A stretch of DNA of 64,000 bases, from the NCBI GenBank assembly GCA_043228905.1, contig JBHGNT010000001.1, positions 11,036,001 to 11,100,000 of the forward strand, in the 5' to 3' direction. Positions 31,666 through 43,110 of this stretch are shown piece by piece (position 1 is the first letter of the stretch; each line of letters begins with the position of its first letter). The DNA is from Azolla caroliniana. Lineage: Eukaryota; Plantae; Polypodiophyta. Below the pieces are notes generated by a model. That model made no database searches. It saw only the letters and a list, made by a program, of their open reading frames with translations, and was not told where the DNA came from. A program made the translations under genes and the position numbers.

Positions 31666-34600
31666 TGTAAAGAATCAAGAGATGGATTCTTGTGAAGCGG
31701 AAAAGATATGAGTTATGTGTGTGTATGAGAGAGAGAGAGAGAGAGACAAGGAATACGCAAGGTAGATTGTATTTACAAAGGAGAAAGACACAACCATATA
31801 CAAGGTGGGAGGAGGGTGCTTTATGTAGTCACCCTCTCTCTTCATTAACTACAAGGCTCATGGAGCATGGGGAATGTGAAAGCTCATAAGTTATGTGTCA
31901 TAGAATATGATTCTATGACTCATACTAAATGCTAGAATACAAAGTGGTGACATAATGGTGACTCTTGACCGTTGAGGTGTCTCTTCACTCTCAAGGTGAG
32001 TTCACACACTAGACCAAGTTGAGCTTGATTCTCAACACGCCCCCTCAAGCTCAAGTCGGGTCGGTTTCAGACGGTATCTGAAATCCGCTTCAATTCACGT
32101 TCTGGAGTTCGCGTCAACTCGTGTCGACTCACATGTATGCGGAGTTGCGGAATCCGTGCTCCAACTTGCGTTGTGCGTAGTTACGAAGTCAGTGCTTCGG
32201 CTTGCGTCTTTCTTCGCGGCTTTGTTGCGTAGTTGCGGAATCCACACGTTATTGTGTAGTGTCTTCAGTGCTCCCCCTCAAGCTTGGCAGGTCAGGGATC
32301 GTCAATCCGAGATCGGTCATGAATTGCCATAGCTTGTCAGCTCCTAAGGCTTTAGTGAAGATGTCGGCCGTTTGAAGATTGGTGTTAATGTGTTGTAGGT
32401 CGACATCGCCAGGTAGAACGCGCTCTTGAATGAAGTGATAGTGCACTTCGATGTGCTTTGTCCTCTCGTGGAACACCGGGTTCCGAGCCAGATAGATACT
32501 GCTCATGTTGTCGCAGTAAAGGGAAGTCGGATCCTTGATGGGTACGCCCAGATCCTTCAAAATCCTCTTGAGCCATACGGCTTCACACGCAACTACGGTT
32601 GCGCCCCTGTATTCCGCCTCCGTACTCGAAAGAGCGACGATGGGCTGCTTCTTGCTACTCCAGGATATTGCTCCGCTGCCAAGGGAGAAAACAAATCCGG
32701 AGGTTGATCTTCTATCGGCTTTGTAGCCGGCCCAATCGGCGTCTATGTACCCCTCGAGTCGTATTGGCATCGCGGTCTTGTAGAGGATGCCACAATCCAT
32801 TGTGTTGCGCACGTATCGTAGAACTCGCTTAGCGCTATCCAAGTGAGTATCACGCGGTGTTTGCATGAATTGGCTAAGGAGACCGACCGGATAACTGAGA
32901 TCGGGTCGAGTAATAGTGAGGTAGATTAGACTCTCGATGAGTTGCCGATACTGAGTCGGCTCACACGCTTTGGTGCCGGAGTTCGCATCTAGTTTGAGAT
33001 TACGATCGAGTAGTGTTGCCACAGCTTTGCACTCAGCCATCCCGAACTTGTATAACAAGTTGAGGATGTAGTGCTGTTGAGAGATCATGATTCCGGTCGG
33101 AGTCCGAATTACCTCGATGCCGAGGAAGTAGTGGAGCTCCTTCATGTCCGTCATCTCGAACTTGTCGGAAAGGAGGGATTTGACTTTATTGATTTCGACG
33201 AGATGCTCACCTCCAATGACTAGGTCATCCACATATAAAATGATGACGATCGGACTTGCAGAATCGCTTCGTATGTAGAGGGAGTTATCCGATTTTGACC
33301 TACGGAAGCCAATTTGATGAAGATATTGCGTTATCTTCGAATGCCAAGCACGCGGTGCTTGCTTGAGGCCGTAGAGTGACTTCTTGAGTCGGCATACAGC
33401 TTTCGGATGGGTGCTCAAGTTGAAGCTGAGTGGTTGTAGAAAGGCATTCTTGACGTCCATTTGATGGAGGTGCCACCCTTTTGCAGCGGCAATCGCAATT
33501 ACGGTCCATATCGTCGTCATCTTTGCCACCGGGGCAAAGGTCTCTTCGTAGTCAATGCCATGCGTCTAAGCGTATCCTTTCGCTACGAGTCGAGCTTTGT
33601 AGCGGTTTACGGAGCCATCGGCGTTATACTTTACCTTGTAGATCCATCTGCATCCTATCGCCTTTTTGTGTGGTGAGGTGGGAATGAGATCCCACGTCTC
33701 GTTCATCCGTAGTGCCTGCATCTCCTCGTTCATTGCTTCGATCCATCGCGGGTCCTTCGCGGCTTCCGAAAAGGTTTCCGGCTCCAGTACTATCGCTACC
33801 TTCATCATAAAGGCGTAATGGTACACCATATAATTGTTGTAGCCAAATCGGCTTACGGGGTTCTTTTCACGAGTGGATCGGCGGAGCTTTTCATTTGCAG
33901 AGTTGAGGGCTTTCTTGGCTCCGATTGGTACCTCGAAACCGCCGAACTCACTATCGAGTGAGTGAGTCGATTCATCGTCGTCGAAGCGATCGTCTTCATA
34001 TTCCGCCATTTTCGCCTTGCCTTTGTCCATCTTCGGGCTAGGTCGTGATGTGCTTTGATCGCTCAAAGGCTCTTGTGGTCCGCTCAATCGGGTCGTGACC
34101 GGACTTTCTTCGAACATGCCCATAGAATGATCTTCATCCTCTATCTCTTGTTCAGCGGATTCCGGGTCAAGCGGAGTCGGAGTTGGAGTTGTCTCTGGTG
34201 TGTACCAGGATGCGGACTCATCAAAGACAACGTCTCGACTTACCCGAGATTTTCGAGTTGAGGGGTTGTAGCACTTGTACCCCTTTTGCTCCAGTGAGCA
34301 TCCTACGAGGATACATTTCTCCGACTTCGGGTCGAGCTTTTGACGCTTCTCGTCGGGGATGTGCACGTACGCAATGGAGTCGAATATCCGAACATGTGAT
34401 AGGTTCGGCTTCTTTCCGAAGAATCTTTCGTGCGGAGTGACCTCGTGCACGCCGGATGTTGTGCACCGGTTCATTAGGTAGACGGCCGTATTTGCCGCTT
34501 CGGCCCAATATGACTTGGGCATATGCTTCTCGTTCATCATGGGCCGTGCTACTTCGAGGATGTGCCGATTTTTGCACTTGGCTACTCCGTTTTGTTGCGG

Positions 34601-36710
34601 AGTGTGTCGGCAAGTGAATTCTCGCCGAATTCCTTCCTTTCAGAGATACGCCGTGAAATCATCCGAGAAGTACTCCTTGCCGCCATCCGATCGAAGACAT
34701 CGTACATGTCGGCCTATGGCTTTCTCAACTTCATTCTTGAACTTTTGGAAGTGTCCGAACACTTCGCTCTTTTGCCGCATCGGATAGATCCAAGTGTGCC
34801 TAGAAAAGTCGTCGATGAAGAGCACGTAATATCGGCATCCGCCGAATGTCGCCGTTTGGGCTGGACCCCATACATCGGAATGAATTACGTCGAGTACGCC
34901 TTTGCTCACATTCCGCTCCTTCAGGAATGGGTGTCGGTGTTGCTTGCCGAATTGGCACGCTTCGCATACACCTTCAATCTCCTTCTCTTTGAATGTCCGG
35001 AGTCCGATAACGACTCCTTTCGATCTCATTGCTTTGAGTTTGTTGAGATTGATGTGGCCGATTCGCTTATGCCATAGCTCTATGTCGGAGTCGACTTTCG
35101 TGCTTTTCGCGAACATGGCGGATTTCATCTCGTGCAAATTGAGAATGAACATCCGGCCCTCTCTTCTTCCGCGTGCCATGATTCGGCCTTCTTTTTCGAT
35201 GAAGCACCCTTCTTGGTCGAATCGTACTTGCATCCCTTGCTCAACCATTTGGCCGACCGAGACCAAATTCTTTGTGATGGTGGGAACATGCAAGACATTT
35301 TTAATGTATGTTTGCTTACCTCTTTCGCCGAATGGAACATTGCCGATGTGCTGAATCGGGTGCGTAGTGTCATCTCCGGTTTCGACATAGCCGGGTCGCT
35401 CCGGCTCTCGAAGTTCGAGAAACCATTCTTTGTGGGATATCATATGGTTTGAGGCTCCGGAGTCTACAAACCATACGTCCTCCGGATTGAGGGCACTAGT
35501 TGAGGTAGAGGCCGACATAGAGTTTGCTCTATGTTTCATCATGAACATTCCGCCACGGTCGGAGTTCCATGCATACATTCTGCCACGATCTTCGTAGTCG
35601 GAATTGTGTGCGTAATTTGTGAGTTGTCGGCTTGTGGAAGCCGATTCACGCATCTTCTTTCGGCACTCTTCTTCGTGGTGGCCGAGCTTTCCGTAATATC
35701 CGCATTCGGTTGCGTTTTGACGGCTCGGGCCGGATTGGAAGCTCCCCCTTCTTGCGAAGGTTCCTCGTTGGCCTCTGTTTTGCGGCCGAAATTGGGAGTT
35801 GTTGTCGTAGGTCGGACCTTGTCCGCCTTGTCCTTGGCCGAATCGGCCTCTCGCTCGTCCGCGTCCTCTTCCTCCATTAGAGTGTGTGTAGAGCATGTGG
35901 CCTTCTGACTCATTGCTCCTTGTACGCACATGGTTTTCTTCGACCAATAGCATTGATTGAAGCTCGAAGGAGGGAGATTTCTCCCGTGCTAGAACGGCGG
36001 TTCACATCGCGCTGAACCGTGGTGCGAGGCCGCCGAGGCATATTTGCACCATCTCATCATCATCTACACTTACGCTTATTGAGCCGAGCGAGTCGCAAAG
36101 CTCCTTGATCTTCAAGGTGTATGTCATGATGGACATATCCCTTTGTTGAATGTTGTTCAACTCTTGGCGGAGTTGAAGCTTCCTCGCGGTTGTGTTGGCG
36201 GCGAAAATCTTTCGTAGGTTTTCCCACGCTTCCTTCGGCGTCTTGGCTTCTCGAATGTAACCGAGCATGTGATCGTGAACACATGTCGCCAAACAATACA
36301 TCACGCAGCTTGCGGCTTGCTCCCATGTCGCGTATCCGGGAGCCGCTTCGGCGGGTCGGTCTTCATGCGCTCCTTTGCTGTAGCTCCAATAGCCTTGTCT
36401 GACAAGGTATTGGTGCATCTTGTACTCCCAAGATGCGAAGTTGTTTCAATCCAACTTCTCGGTAGGGAGAGCACTCCCCATTTGAGTATTCATTATATCG
36501 ATTCTTCTTCTTCTTCTTCTCTCTTCAAATGCGAGCTATGTAGCGAAGCTACGATAGCTATGAGCCGGTTCTTGGTCGTCGGCGTAGAGCACAACACACG
36601 ATCATGATGAGGCGAATGGGCTAGATCGAGCTACCAAATCGCTCTGATACCATGTAAAGAATCAAGAGATGGATTCTTGTGAAGCGGAAAAGATATGAGT
36701 TATGTGTGTG

Positions 36711-36745
<35 letters not shown>

Positions 36746-37337
36746 AGGAATACGCAAGGTAGATTGTATTTACAAAGGAGAAAGACACAACCATATACAA
36801 GGTGGGAGGAGGGTGCTTTATGTAGTCACCCTCTCTCTTCATTAACTACAAGGCTCATGGAGCATGGGGAATGTGAAAGCTCATAAGTTATGTGTCATAG
36901 AGCACAACACACGATCACGATGAGGCGAATGGGCTAGATCAAGCTACCAAATCGCTCTGATACCATGTAAAGAATCAAGAGATGGATTCTTGTGAAGCGG
37001 AAAAGATATGAGTTATGTGTGTGTATGAGAGAGAGAGAGAGAGAGACAAGGAATACGCAAGGTAGATTGTATTTACAAAGGAGAAAGACACAACCATATA
37101 CAAGGTGGGAGGAGGGTGCTTTATGTAGTCACCCTCTCTCTTCATTAACTACAAGGCTCATGGAGCATGGGGAATGTGAAAGCTCATAAGTTATGTGTCA
37201 TAGAATATAATTCTATGACTCATACTAAATGCTAGAATACAAAGTGGTGACATAATGGTGACTCTTGACTGTTGAGGTGTCTCTTCACTCTCAAGGTGAG
37301 TTCACACACTAGACCAAGTTGAGCTTGATTCTCAACA
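31666..37337 (-). mobile_element. Ty1/Copia element (H) with a duplicated PBS plus partial LTR
   Basis: 372-bp LTRs at 31666-32037 and 36966-37337, ATTAT TSD, iMet PBS at 36954-36965 and again at 36641-36652, extra partial LTR 36653-36900, PPT ~32038-32051. Confidence 0.95.
32249..36493 (-). pseudogene. gag-pol: Copia gag-pol, degenerate
   Basis: WFVDSGAS protease, WHKRIGH/CEAC, RSDGGKEY integrase, YKARLVAKG, LYVDD RT, DADWAG/ADIFTK RNase H; contains stops and deletions. Confidence 0.92.
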
Positions 37338-37404
37338 ATTATTAAAAGCAACATTTTTTTATGACTCTCAATTGTTGTGTATTAAAGATGTGGGCATGAA
37401 TTAA

Positions 37405-37860
37405 TGTTGTCTAGAGGACAGAAATGTAAAATTAGGAAATTAGCAAACGCCGAGTCCGAGTATCACGGGCCACCGACGGCCCGGTTGTGTATTAGGGGAA
37501 AAGTTATTTAAACGAGGAGCAGTACCTCAGAGAAGGGAGAGAAGAAAATATAGGCGGAAGCACTAGCTTAGTCATTCGAGATTAGATAAACTCGTAAGGT
37601 CACCGGCCATAGGCCGTGTTCTGTAATCTTTTCTACCATAGTAATATATCTTATTTGTGCCTATTTTTGCTGCATGAGTCTGTGCTTTGATCCATACCTA
37701 TGAGTTTCACGCCGCCACGTCTATCAAGACCTCGCTAGTGTTTTCTCTCTAAGCCCTGTATCTCTCTCGACGCCTCTGTTACGAGCCTTCACGTACCACG
37801 CCCTTGAAGATTGATAGACGCAGATCTATCGAAGGTGTTCACCCAAAGGAACGGGTAACA
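37405..37860. mobile_element. Solo LTR
   Basis: 456 bp, TGTT...AACA, flanked by an ATTAA TSD (37400-37404, 37861-37865). Confidence 0.8.
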
Positions 37861-38267
37861 ATTAACCAATGATTGATAAGTCTAATATTTACAATGGTGA
37901 GCATTAATGAACCAATGAGTGAGAGGTTCTATATCAAATATGGGTGCCATTAATTAGCCAATGATTTTAACATTAATCCAACATATTTATGGCTTGGTAA
38001 TGATTGGATTTATATTATACTTGATTTAACTTCATATAGACCTAGTTTGAATCATTATTGATATTTTAAATACAATTACTATATTAAAAATAATATTTTT
38101 ATGTATTGTATTAATATAATATTAAATAATATAGACATTCTATTGAGGGAGCTTTTGTTTAGAGAGAAGTTTATGTTTAGAGAGGAGTATATGTTTAGAG
38201 AGGAGCTTATTAGTTTTTTGCCTTAGCCTAAGCACATAACTTAAAGAGCCTATCTAGACCTTAAGCC

Positions 38268-40050
38268 ATGAGTGAAGATTCACCGTTCTCGATTGAAGAA
38301 TATTGTTTGTCATCAGACTCATCGTTTTCTACTAAAGAGTATTGTTTGTCGACAGACTCACCATATTCTATTGAAGAATATTGTCTGTCGACAGACTCGC
38401 CATATTCTATCGAAGAATATTGTCTGAGCTCATCTTCACTTACAGGGAATGTAAATAATGGCACATGTGAAGAGTTCTCTATTGAAGAATACGATATTAA
38501 TAAAGATATGGAGAATGAAGGTAGTGCCAATGAAACATCGAATAACATTGGCGATGGTCACAACAAAGAATTAGATTGTAACAAGGTTACACCAACCTCT
38601 ATGCAGGAAGAGAAATCTGGAAGCCCTATGCATATTAGAAGAATCCCACGAAGAATTCGTCTGGCTAGATTTAGCTTGGTGACATCAGATAAACAGATTG
38701 GATTTGATGTCAAAAAAATATGTTGTGCCCGTGGTTGTATGTCTATGATTGGAAAATCAAAGTTGCGAGAATTAAGGCGATACTATTTTTCGATGACTGG
38801 TGATGAGCAAGACACTTACCTCGGGTCACATATGCAACTAGTATCTAACAAATGTACGGGGATCAAAGTATCATTCGAGTATTATATCTTCCATGCGCAA
38901 CAGATATGTAGAGTTGCATTCAAAATTGTGTTATGTGTTAGTAACATGCGGCTACATAGAGTACAACAACGTCTACTTAGTGGGGATCAGATGCTCAATT
39001 GTAAAGAGGTTCCAAGTATGAATGGTGCAATTGGAAGACATGTTATTGGTTGGATGAAAAGTTACTTTCAGTTAAATTGTGAAGTAATGGCCACTACAGG
39101 TAGGGTGCACCTTTCTGATAATTATACACGTCGGGAAGTTTATGATGTCTATCGATCTGATATGGTGGGCTGACGTAATAAGTCTATCACCTATAGCCAA
39201 TTCACAAGATTATGGAGAGCTCGGTTTTCAAATGTTATCATTCCACGTAAAGTACACATGGGGTATTGCTCCATTTGTGCAAATCTTAAAAGTTTGGCTA
39301 AAGGTGCAAAGACATCAATGGAAAAGGATATGAGTAAGAAGTTACTACAAGAGCATCGTGAGGCACAATCGTTAGAACGAAAGAAGGTGATGCATCATAG
39401 AGAGAAGTGTTTGAAGAGGCCCGAACAATACATGTGCTTAATGATATATGGCATGGACCAGAAGAAGACGTGCTTGCCGCATATGCAGAGGCTCCCCAAA
39501 GATGTCAATGATGAGTGCCTTGTTCAAATGCACTTGGTGGGATGCTTGGCTTATAATAGGTCTGTTGGACCTCGCGTCTTCATTACATACCCCAATGTTC
39601 ACAATGACCCTAATCTAACAGTTACAGTCATTCACCGAGTTTTGATGTCGTGGGGCCAACCTTTCCCCCCTGTTCTATACATTCAATTGGACAATACTGC
39701 TAGAGAGAACAAAAATTCAACTATGTTTAGTTATCTAAGTATGTTGGTCAACCAAGAATTGTTTAGGAAAGTGAAAGTCAATTTTCTTTTGGTTGGCCAC
39801 ACACATTACCATATAGATCAGATGTTTAGCACATTCTCCAGACAGTTGTCTCGGCATGATGCTTTCACTTTACCTAAACTATTTGATGTCATTTGTGATG
39901 CATATACACCACACCCAAAAGTGTTACACTTGAAGGAGGTATATGACTTTAAGAGATATATATCATATGGGGGTGGTGGGAATGTTAAAGTGCTTGCTCA
40001 GTTAAACAATATAAGTTTCAATCACATTTTTATGATAAAGAAAAATGGAA
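38268..40050 (+). pseudogene. Sola1-like / DUF7869-type DDD transposase, 3'-truncated
   Basis: ORFs 38268-39173 and 39258-40064 are in one frame across a TGA. Motifs: CCARGC, ICRVAF, F.RLW, CSIC, I(Y)GMDQKK, LYIQLDNTARENKN, FLLVGHTH(Y)HIDQMFS. Confidence 0.8.
38274..38432 (+). repeat. 39-bp coding repeat, 4 copies (DSPYSIEEYCLST)
   Basis: Visible in both the DNA and the ORF translation. Confidence 0.85.
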
Positions 40051-40051
40051 T

Positions 40052-41000
40052 AAAACCACGGTAACAAATCCTGAATTGGCTTACCAATTCGTTGAAGAGT
40101 TATTTCATTTTTATGGGTTACCGATGGATATCGTGAGTGATTGAGATCTAAAGTTTACTAGTGACTTCTAGACGCAAGTCTTTAAGAAGTTAGAAACTAC
40201 GTTGAGCATGAGCTCCATGGATCATCCTCAATCCAATGGGCAGACAAAACGAGTAAATTAAATTATTGAGGACATGCTTCGAGCATACGTTGGTGCAAAA
40301 ACAACAAAATGGGAATGTTATCTCCCAATTTTGGAGTTTGCTTATAACAACTCCAAGCATACATCGACGAGATATAGTCCTTTTATGTTGATGTATGGTT
40401 TTCAACCACAAGCCCCGATTGATGTTAATATACATCATGATGAGTTGCAAAGTACGCAAAACTTTCTTCGGGATATGCAAGATATGTTGCATATTGCACG
40501 AGATAATATAAAAACAACTCAAGATAGCGCGTTTTTACGCCAACCATAATAGGCAACCTCGTGTATTCAATCCTGGACATAAGGTATTTTTACGTGTACC
40601 TCACAATTCTAAGACATTGATTACGGGTAAGTGTGCTAAGTTAGCCCCACGGTTTTGTGGACCTTTTCAAGTCTTCAAACGCATTGGTTCATTAGCCTAT
40701 CATCTCACTCTTCCCGATGGCGTTGAAATTCATCCAATTTTTCCTGTAAGTCGTTTAAAAGAACTTCTAGGTTCTTGCGACAATACAATTACAACTGAAA
40801 ATCTGGTTACTTCTAAACCACATGTACCAGAAAGAAATCTCGATGTTAAAACAAAAAATCTGCGTAAAAAATTATCTGAGAATTTAAAATTAAATGGATG
40901 GATAAATCTATCAAAGATGCCACATGGGAACACGAAAATACTCTTAGACCTAACTTCCCTAACTTTCCATTGCAAGAGTGCAATGTTTTAAAGAGGGGGA
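40052..41000 (+). pseudogene. pol: Integrase C-terminal part plus chromodomain remnant of element B
   Basis: YGLPMDIVSD..KFTS, HPQSNGQT, EFAYNNS, LAPRFCGPF, HPIFPVSRLK, IKWMDKSIKDATWE; contains stops and frameshifts. Confidence 0.88.
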
Positions 41001-41003
41001 GTA

Positions 41004-41460
41004 TGTTACGGGCATGACCATATAATATCTCGTGGTGAGAATTTACCATAGTATTCTATACACGTGGATAATTGTGAGGGTTTAACGAGAGTGTAAAGAA
41101 GGGATGATTACTTTTAATCCTCGAGATTGAGACAACCCATTAGGCCAAGTGTGAACTTGCTTGGGGGCCTTGGGTCTCGCTATAAATATGAGGCCTAGCT
41201 ACCCTCATTTCATCATCATCTTTTGACTACATCGAGACTCTGTTATTGTGGTGGGTCAACTCTTATAGCGAGCACGCCAGCACCAGGTACGACTCGACAC
41301 CACGGTGGTGGTATGGGACGTCAATCGAGGCTCGAGTCTGTCTCGATCCCTTCGCTCGGGGGTGATCAGGTGGATCAGCACCTTTCTTTCTCTCTCTCCT
41401 TTCTTATTTCTTATATCTTTTATCCTTATCATATGCTTACGTTAGACCATAACTCTAACA
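41004..41460 (+). repeat. 3' LTR of element B
   Basis: Matches 346-803 and is preceded by the PPT AAGAGGGGGAG. Confidence 0.9.
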
Positions 41461-41507
41461 CTCTCTATCTCTCTCTCTCTTAGTATTTAGCCTCGTCGTC
41501 CGTGACA

Positions 41508-41730
41508 GTAGAAACTTTGTAAAAAAATGGTTTTGGACATTTTCAAACTCTTTCCAAGAAGATTTAGAGATGCTACCACCCCATATTTCCACCCTATAGA
41601 GAAGCACTGGTGTCACAAATGTGTCGAATAGGTATTTCTTGAGAACCCTACACTTAATATCTCCATGATCACATGTGTTCTCAAATGCATAATATGCTCT
41701 CTTTCCCACCTCTAAGCGGCATGTAGCATA
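41508..41730 (-). mobile_element. LINE (RTE/L2-like) RT C-terminal fragment
   Basis: KRAYYAFEN..LFDTFVTPVLLYRVEIWGG..WKEFENVQNHF. Confidence 0.65.
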
Positions 41731-42759
41731 TTCATTCTATCTACGATTCGAAGGAATTAGAGGTCAAAATCAATTAGTCAGACAATCATGATTTCAGAAA
41801 TGGGAGAATTCATGACATTCATACTAAAACCTATGGAATCAAAAGTGAAACATTTTCAAATAGTATATGTGAGGAATTTAGTGTCTTGAAGTTGAAATTT
41901 TGTGTTAACAAATATTGCAATTGAGAATGCACATTGTGTCTATACGATGAATGTGTGTAGGGAGTCAATCAGACTAACAATGTGTGGAAAGCAAACTCAA
42001 AACGAAGTTAAAGTCAGAGCATTGTATCGTATTTTGATACTCAAATTCTTGAGCATGTTTAGAGAAAAATATGAGGGGATGAGCTCTACCATGTATTAGC
42101 AAGTGTAGTTTCCCAATACGGAAAATATACGTTTTTATTTTTTTTGGTGCAACAACATATGTTCCCAAGTCAGGATATATTTGCATTGCAAAAAAATCTC
42201 ATTTATGAAGGAATATGTTAAGCCATCATTAAGCAAACATAATGCATCCCATTTTCCAACCACTTCTTTGTATATTGCATTTTTTAAGAACCCATAGGTC
42301 TAGGATTTCTTTATTGATGATGTTGTGAGTTTCCACTAAGTATTCATGACCTCCTAGTATTTGATTCTTGGAAGTACTACACACAAGCCATCAATATATG
42401 TACATGAAGGTTAGCGAACTATTATTTACTTGAAGGTCCTCCTACTTCCCACAACATCTTGGGAAGTGATGAAGGATCCTCTAAGGGATATTCTAACTAG
42501 AATGCTCTCTCTCTCTCTTTTTGGTGAAAACACAATTATATTAATAAATATGTATAAAAAACAATAGTTATCATCCTGAATTACCCATATGGCCTCTTAA
42601 AATATTCACTTTTCCTAATTTACACATTCATTACTTTACAAGCTATGGCTTTCCAACATTTCACACCCATCAAACAATCAATAACCAACATTTTTTGCTT
42701 TATTTATTTATATTTTACATGTTTCCCATGCAAATGTATGAAGTTGATGCAAGGGGTTT

Positions 42760-43110
42760 TAAAGCCTTATGTACTCAATGAACTTTTTCACGGCCATGGC
42801 CCATGAACTCAATGGGAAGTGATCTAAATTCAAGAAGTAGGGGAATGTATGCCATTTGAACTCAATCCGAAGAAGCTTCATAAGGAAACACTTTTTCACG
42901 TTTTCAAATTCTTTCCAATTGGTCTTACGCATTCCAACCCCACGAAGAAGCACTAGTATTACCAAAGTGTGTGGTATATTTTTCTTGAGAACCTAACATT
43001 TAATTTCTCAAACCTTTTAGATGCTCTTGAATGCATACTAAATCCAAAATCTGGCTTTTAAGTGACATCTACCATATTAATTCCCTCCAATCATGGAGGG
43101 AACCTCAAAT
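42760..43110 (-). mobile_element. Second, more decayed fragment of the same LINE family
   Basis: WKEFENVKKCFLMKLL, plus nucleotide similarity to 41520-41730. Confidence 0.5.

Larger units (their letters stand above)
11050..40050. mobile_element. Putative two-gene DNA transposon (element E): ParB-MTase gene plus Sola-like transposase; right end deleted
   Basis: The two genes are divergent and ~0.9 kb apart once the insertions are removed. The block lies inside a retroelement and has AGTGGAA repeats near its left edge. TIRs and TSD were not identified. Confidence 0.55.
346..41460 (+). mobile_element. Degenerate Ty3/Gypsy chromovirus (element B) hosting a ~40 kb nested stack
   Basis: Similar TG...CA LTRs at 346-803 and 41004-41460, CTCTC TSD (341-345, 41461-41465), PBS 806-817, PPT 40991-41001, gag remnant at 2483 and integrase/chromodomain remnant at 40052-41000. 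Confidence 0.8.
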
